Assembly: GCA_951406725.2 (NCBI GenBank)
Contig: OX597831.1
Location: forward strand, 32,612,001 to 32,676,000
From: Octopus vulgaris
Taxonomy: Eukaryota
DNA: 64,000 nt
Reading direction: 5' to 3'
Below, piece after piece: positions 58,048 through 64,000 of the stretch; position 1 is the stretch's first letter; each line of letters opens with the position of its first letter. The notes under the pieces were generated by a model that saw only the letters and a program-made list of their open reading frames with translations, was not told where the DNA came from and searched no databases. The translations under genes and the position numbers were made by a program.

Positions 58048-60361
58048 ATTTTCGATGTTTTTTGTTTGTTATGTTACGTATGTTGTTGTGGTCATGTGTC
58101 ACGTGGTCCCTTTAGATTTATAATGTCTGACATATTGTTGTCAACGTAACTTTGTTAAAAAGCTGATGAACCCCGAATAGAGAACGCCATCGTCAACCAC
58201 ACAATCACTACTACCACCACCACCACCACCACCACCACCACCACCACCACCACCACCACCACCACCACCACCACCACCACCACCACCAACACCACCATTA
58301 CCATCACCGATACCATCATCACCATCATCATGATGATAGCCACTACTACCACTAACACTATTGCTGCTACCACTAGTACTACCACCAATACCTCTACGAC
58401 ATCCATCAACACCAATTCGACCACATTAAACCCCCCTCCTTCACCACAATCGCTAAAAGAAGACCTGTCATCACGTTCACTAATTCAACACCTATCCCTC
58501 CTCCATCCCCCCATCCCCCCATCCCCCCCACCACCACCACTACCAGTTCCTGCAATAGCACGATCCCAATAGCTACTAAGATATGCATTCACGCGCATAC
58601 GCATTAGCACACATAGGCATACATATGCACACACAAACAGAAACACATACCTAGACAAATACACGCATACACACACACACACACATAAATACAGATATAT
58701 ATATGTGTATATGTGTGTGTGTGTGTATATATATATATGTATGGATATGTATATATATATATATACATGCATACACACACACACATATATATATGTATAA
58801 TACATATGCACACACACACACGCACACACGCATGTACATTCATACGCAAATACGTACACATGTGTACAGAAACATTCATATATATGTGTGTGTATGTGTG
58901 TGTGTGTGTGTGTATGTATATATATATATATATATATATGCATATATGTGTAAATGTATATATATATATATATTATACGTATATACAGTATATACAGTAT
59001 ATACAGTATATATATATATATATAGAGAGAGATATATACACGCGCGCGCGCACACACACCAACGCGTCTCCCCACCCCGCTCCCTCTGGCATCCCAGTCT
59101 GTCAGTCAAATCTTTTCCATCTTCACTTTTGTCTGTCACTTCTGGTCTTTGTCTTTATTAACAACAATAACAATTAGTACTCTTGCCGTCACTGTACCAC
59201 CACCACCACCACCACCACCGTCCCCACTCTCACGAACGGCATCGCCACCACTACTGTTACGGCGCTTCCACTTCCACCAGACCACCACACCACGACCACC
59301 ACCACGACGACCACTACTACCACCACTACACCACAACCACCACTATCAACACCACGACCACCAATACTACACCACGACGACGACCACCACATCACCACCA
59401 TCACCACCATCACCACCACCACGACCACCACGACCACCACAACCACGACCACGACCACCACGACGACGACGACGACGACGACGACGACCACCACCACCAC
59501 CTCCACCACCACCACCACCCACCACCGCCGCCGCCGCCGCCACCACCACCACCACCACCACCACCACCACCACCACCACCACCACCACCAGTGCCGTCGC
59601 CGTCGCACCGCCGCCACGGTTCCGATTGGCACAAACTTCAGACCAGATGGTGGTGTTAAGCAAGGCGATGTGTTACCTCTAAGACTGTTATCTTAAAGAG
59701 GGACGATTGGGTGCATTGTTTAGTGTGCTGTGGAGGAGATTTTTTTTTGGGGGGGAGGGTGGTGGGGTTGGAGGGAAGGGCTAGGGGCTGCGAGATAGAA
59801 TGCACGGGTGTTTTGTGGTGATGGTGGTGTGGATGGTAAGGATGCTGGTTGGATGGAAGTGGTGACGTCGATGGTGGCGTCAAGGATAGGCGATGGTGAC
59901 AATAATAATGTCGAAGATGACGTTACACAAACACTGTGGTGTATATGATGATGATGATGATGATGATGAGGAGGAGGAGGATGACGAGGAGGAGGAGGAT
60001 GCTGGTGATGACGACGATGATGACGATGAAGACAACGTGACACAATGCGAAAAATATGTTGTACATGACGACGACAACAACGACGACGACGACGGCGAGC
60101 ACGATGATGATGATGGTGATGATGATGATGATGATGATGAAGAGGAGGAGGAGGAGGAGGAGGATGAGGATGATGAGGATGTGTATGATGACAACGACGA
60201 CGACAAAAGAAGAAAAAGAAGAAAAAGAAAATGATGATGATGATGAGGAGGAGGAGGATAAGGATGTGTATGATGATGACGACGACGACGACGGCAAAAG
60301 AAGAAAAAGAAGAAGAAGAAGAAGAAGAAGAAGAAGAAGAAGAAGAAGAAGAAGAAGAAGA

Positions 60362-60998
60362 AGAAGAAAAAGATGATGATAATGATGACGTCGATGGTGT
60401 TGACGGTGATAACGATGATGATGATGATGATGATGATGACGGTGATGATGATATTAATGTCACACTAACACGCTACAACCTAATGTATATGACCAATGAC
60501 ACACGCCATTTTGCAATCACAGATTATTGTCAAGGTGTTAGCGTGTGAGATATAGCCCACGGCACTTCTTACCAGTCTGCCCGCCTGCTCGCCTGCTCGC
60601 CTGCTCGCCTGCCCGCCTGCCTGCCTGTGAGTCTGTCTATCTTACTGTCTGTGTGACTCTTCAACCAAGTGCGTTTTGATGACAAAGAAGAGGAAGAAGA
60701 AAAAGATGATGATAATGATGACGTCGATGGTGTTGACGGTGATGACGATGATGATGATGATGATGATGATGACGGTGATGATGATATTAATGTCACACTA
60801 ACACGCTACAACCTAATGTATATGACCAATGACACACATACGCCATTTTGCAATCACAGATTATTGTCAAGGTGTTAGCGTGTGAGATATAGCCCACGGC
60901 ACTTCTTACCAGTCTGCCCGCCTGCTCGCCTGCCCGCCTGCCTGCCTGTGAGTCTGTCTATCTTACTGTCTGTGTGACTCTTCAACCAAGTGCGTTTT
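60362..60998. repeat. Near-identical ~330-bp tandem duplication
   Basis: 60362-60678 repeated at ~60694-60998, differing mainly in microsatellite unit counts. Confidence 0.9.
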
Positions 60999-61135
60999 GT
61001 TTTTAAAATATATTTTCATTCGTGTAGAAAAATAAAATAAAACAAAATATGATTCAACACACAAATTCACATAAAGAATCTTGCAAATCAAATACAAAAA
61101 CGATATATATATATATATATATATATATATCTATA

Positions 61136-61204
<69 letters not shown>

Positions 61205-61247
61205 ATGTATATATATATATGTATATATATATATGTATATATATACT

Positions 61248-61612
61248 TTTATTCTTTTACACGTTTCAGTAATTTGACTGCGGCCATGCTTAATCTTTGT
61301 AAGCTTAGTACTTATTCTATCGGTCATTTTTGCCGAACCGCTAGGTTACGGTGACGTAAATACACCAGCATCGTTTGTCAAACGATGATGGGGGGACAAA
61401 CACAGACGCAGACACACACATACACACACACACACATATATATATATACGACGGGCTTCTTTAAGTTTCCGTCTACCAAATCCACTCACAAGGCTTTGGC
61501 CAGCCCGAGGTTATAGTAGAAGACACTTGCCCAAGGTGCCATGCAGTGGGACGAAACCCAGGACCATGTGGCTGATAAGCAGGCTACTTACCACACAGCC
61601 ACTCCTGCGCCT
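61248..61612 (-). mobile_element. SINE family B, full length
   Basis: Head, short internal microsatellite and tail all present. Confidence 0.85.
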
Positions 61613-61663
61613 ATATACATAATATAATATATAATTATTTGTGCGTATATATATTATGTGTCT

Positions 61664-61998
61664 GTGGAGGCGCCAGGCTTAGTGGTTAGCGTATTCGGCT
61701 CGCGTTCTTGAGGTCATGAGTTCAATTCCTGGTGGCGCGTTATGTCCTTGAGCAACAAACTCCATGTCACGTTGCTCCGGTCCACTCAGCTGGCAAAAAT
61801 GAATTGTACCTGTAATTCAAAGGAGGCCAGCCTTGTCACATCCTGTTTCACGCTGAATCTTCCTCAGAACTATTTTGAGCGTATCTACGGAGTACTCAGC
61901 CACTTGCACGCTAATTTCACGAGCGATTTGTTCGACTAAAGGCGGTGCTCCAGCATGGCCGCAGTCAAATGACTGAAACAAGTAAAAAGAGAAAAAGA
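61664..61998 (+). mobile_element. Chimeric SINE (32940-type head, family-A body, family-B tail)
   Basis: cacgttgctccggtccactcagctggcaaaa | ttgtacctgtaattcaaagg..aatttcacgagc | gatttgttcgactaaaggcggtgctccagcatggccgc. Confidence 0.75.
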
Positions 61999-62031
61999 GA
62001 ATACATACATACATACATACATATATATATA

Positions 62032-62104
<73 letters not shown>

Positions 62105-62303
62105 CATACATACATTCAAACACACATTCAGGCACACCCATTGTGACTTCCATGAGTGGTGTAAAAATGCCTGTTGGAGAGAAATGTCATGCAACTTAAA
62201 ATTACTCAATGTGTGATAAAAAAATGATGGAGGCGATAGAAAAGTGAGGAAGACGAGGAAACGTGAGAAAAATCAGGCATCCATAATTATATATATAGAG
62301 ATC

Positions 62304-62368
<65 letters not shown>

Positions 62369-62376
62369 ATAAACAC

Positions 62377-62418
<42 letters not shown>

Positions 62419-62423
62419 GTCTG

Positions 62424-62470
<47 letters not shown>

Positions 62471-62544
62471 CTCTGTCTGTCTGTCTGTCTGTCTATCTGT
62501 CTGTCTATATCTATCTACGCACCTACCTATCTATCTGTCTGTCC

Positions 62545-62578
<34 letters not shown>

Positions 62579-62599
62579 ATGTATGTATGTATGTCTATA

Positions 62600-62718
<119 letters not shown>

Positions 62719-62873
62719 CTATCTATACACGCTTCTATCGAACAATGAGAATCTGTGATCAACACTGCACTGGTGCATGAATATTCTATATTTGTGGGTT
62801 GTCAAGGCTGCCGATAGTTTCATGTAGAGGGAATCTCTTGTCAATTATCAAGCCTGCTACATGTGAAAGTTGG

Positions 62874-62929
<56 letters not shown>

Positions 62930-63194
62930 GTGTGTGTGCGTGCGCGCACGCGTATATGTGTGTGTGTGTGTGTGTGTGCATAAGACCGTTACGCCGGGTG
63001 GGGCAGGATAGTATTAATTTTCACTGTGATTTTACGCTAGTTCGTGTCTACTGGTGCATGTTTACTAAATAGGTGGTGGTTGTATTCAGCAAAATCATTC
63101 AAATGTGGATTAAAGAAATAGATTAGATGGGATTTAGAAACATGAACTTTGGCTAACAATCCAACAGTCGAAATATTAATATACCCGATTGGGG

Positions 63195-63597
63195 CGTGGA
63201 GCCGGCAGCAAAATGCTAAGCGGCATGTCGTCCATCTTTATATTTTGGGTTCAAATTCCACCGGGGTAGATTTTGCCTTTCGTCCTTTGGTGATCGATAA
63301 AATAAGTACCAGTTGAGCACTAGGGTTAATGTAATCGACTTACCTCTTCTCCATTAAAAAATAATGAAACCATTAGTAATAATGGCTGCAAATTTTGGCA
63401 GAAGGTCAACGGTTTCGGGGGAGAGGGTAAGACGATTACATTGAGCCCCAGTGCATAACTGGTATTTATTGTATCGCCCCAAACAGGCGAAAGTCAAAGA
63501 TGACCTCGTCGGAATTTGAACTCAGAACGTAAAGACGGATGAATTACAGCTAAGTATATTGCTCGGCGTGCTTACGATTCCACCAGCTCACCACCAT
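63195..63597. mobile_element. Two SINE family C copies, tail-to-tail (+ 63195-63370, - 63385-63597)
   Basis: Core gcctttcgtcctttggtgatcgataaaataagtaccag and its reverse complement. Confidence 0.7.
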
Positions 63598-63603
63598 CCT
63601 ACA

Positions 63604-63945
63604 GGATTATGGGATACATACACACAGGCAAATAAATGCTAAACGACCGGACATCGTCATCAAAGACCTAAAAAAACATGTCCGTTAATTGACATAACAG
63701 TACCTTCTGATAGAAACATTTCTGATAGAAAACTGTCCAAATAGAAGGACTTTGAGATTGAGATATCTAAGACGTGACAATTAGAAAGCTTTTTGATCGG
63801 ATCCCTGGGAAACCAACAATCTATGGAACTCAAAAATCTGTGTTGACTGTTTTGCTGCTCACATTCTCAGGAAGTTTCTTTCTGCTTTAGGTCTTAGGTT
63901 GAGATTCGGTCAGAAGATGAAATTAAATGCAATTCAATCGGAAAA
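63604..63945 (+). mobile_element. R4/Dong-like LINE RLE domain and 3' end, followed by (GAT)n
   Basis: QINAKRPDIVIKD...LIDITVPSDRNIS...KLSK*KDFEIEISK (PD..D motif of the restriction-like endonuclease). Confidence 0.8.
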
Positions 63946-63953
63946 TGATGATA

Positions 63954-64000
<47 letters not shown>

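Noticed and set aside
59630-59690. Peptide FRPDGGVKQGDVLPL resembling the RT GV.QG motif
   Set aside because: Too short, with no flanking RT motifs; could be chance
59893-60548. Acidic D/E-rich protein exon
   Set aside because: Composed of GAT/GAG/GAA repeats with local duplications; no splice or domain support

Overview
Eukaryotic, repeat-dominated genomic DNA. The microsatellite load and SINE repertoire suggest a cephalopod (Octopus-like) genome; this is inference. No host protein-coding exon can be supported, and nearly all listed ORFs are translations of simple repeats ((TA)n, (CA)n, (TATG)n, (TCTA)n, (AAT)n, (GAT)n, (ACC)n). Between the microsatellites lie several tRNA-derived SINE families, some with clean TSDs, and decayed LINE pieces (RTE, R4/Dong-like RLE, Tx1/L1-like). 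There are also Penelope-like element (PLE) GIY-YIG endonuclease fragments, Tc1/mariner and hAT relics, Helentron-like elements and minisatellites. The main hidden signal is about 13 type-I hammerhead ribozyme motifs (CUGANGA...GAAAC-palindrome-GUH) at 9 loci from several sequence families. Many have unusually long stem II, most are embedded in (TA)n, and four loci are long inverted repeats with a hammerhead in each arm, one with a compensatory base-pair change. The retroelements also appear to partition microsatellite targets: (TA)n, (AAT)n and (TATC)n. Folds and alignments were done by eye, and repeat boundaries are approximate unless a TSD is given.
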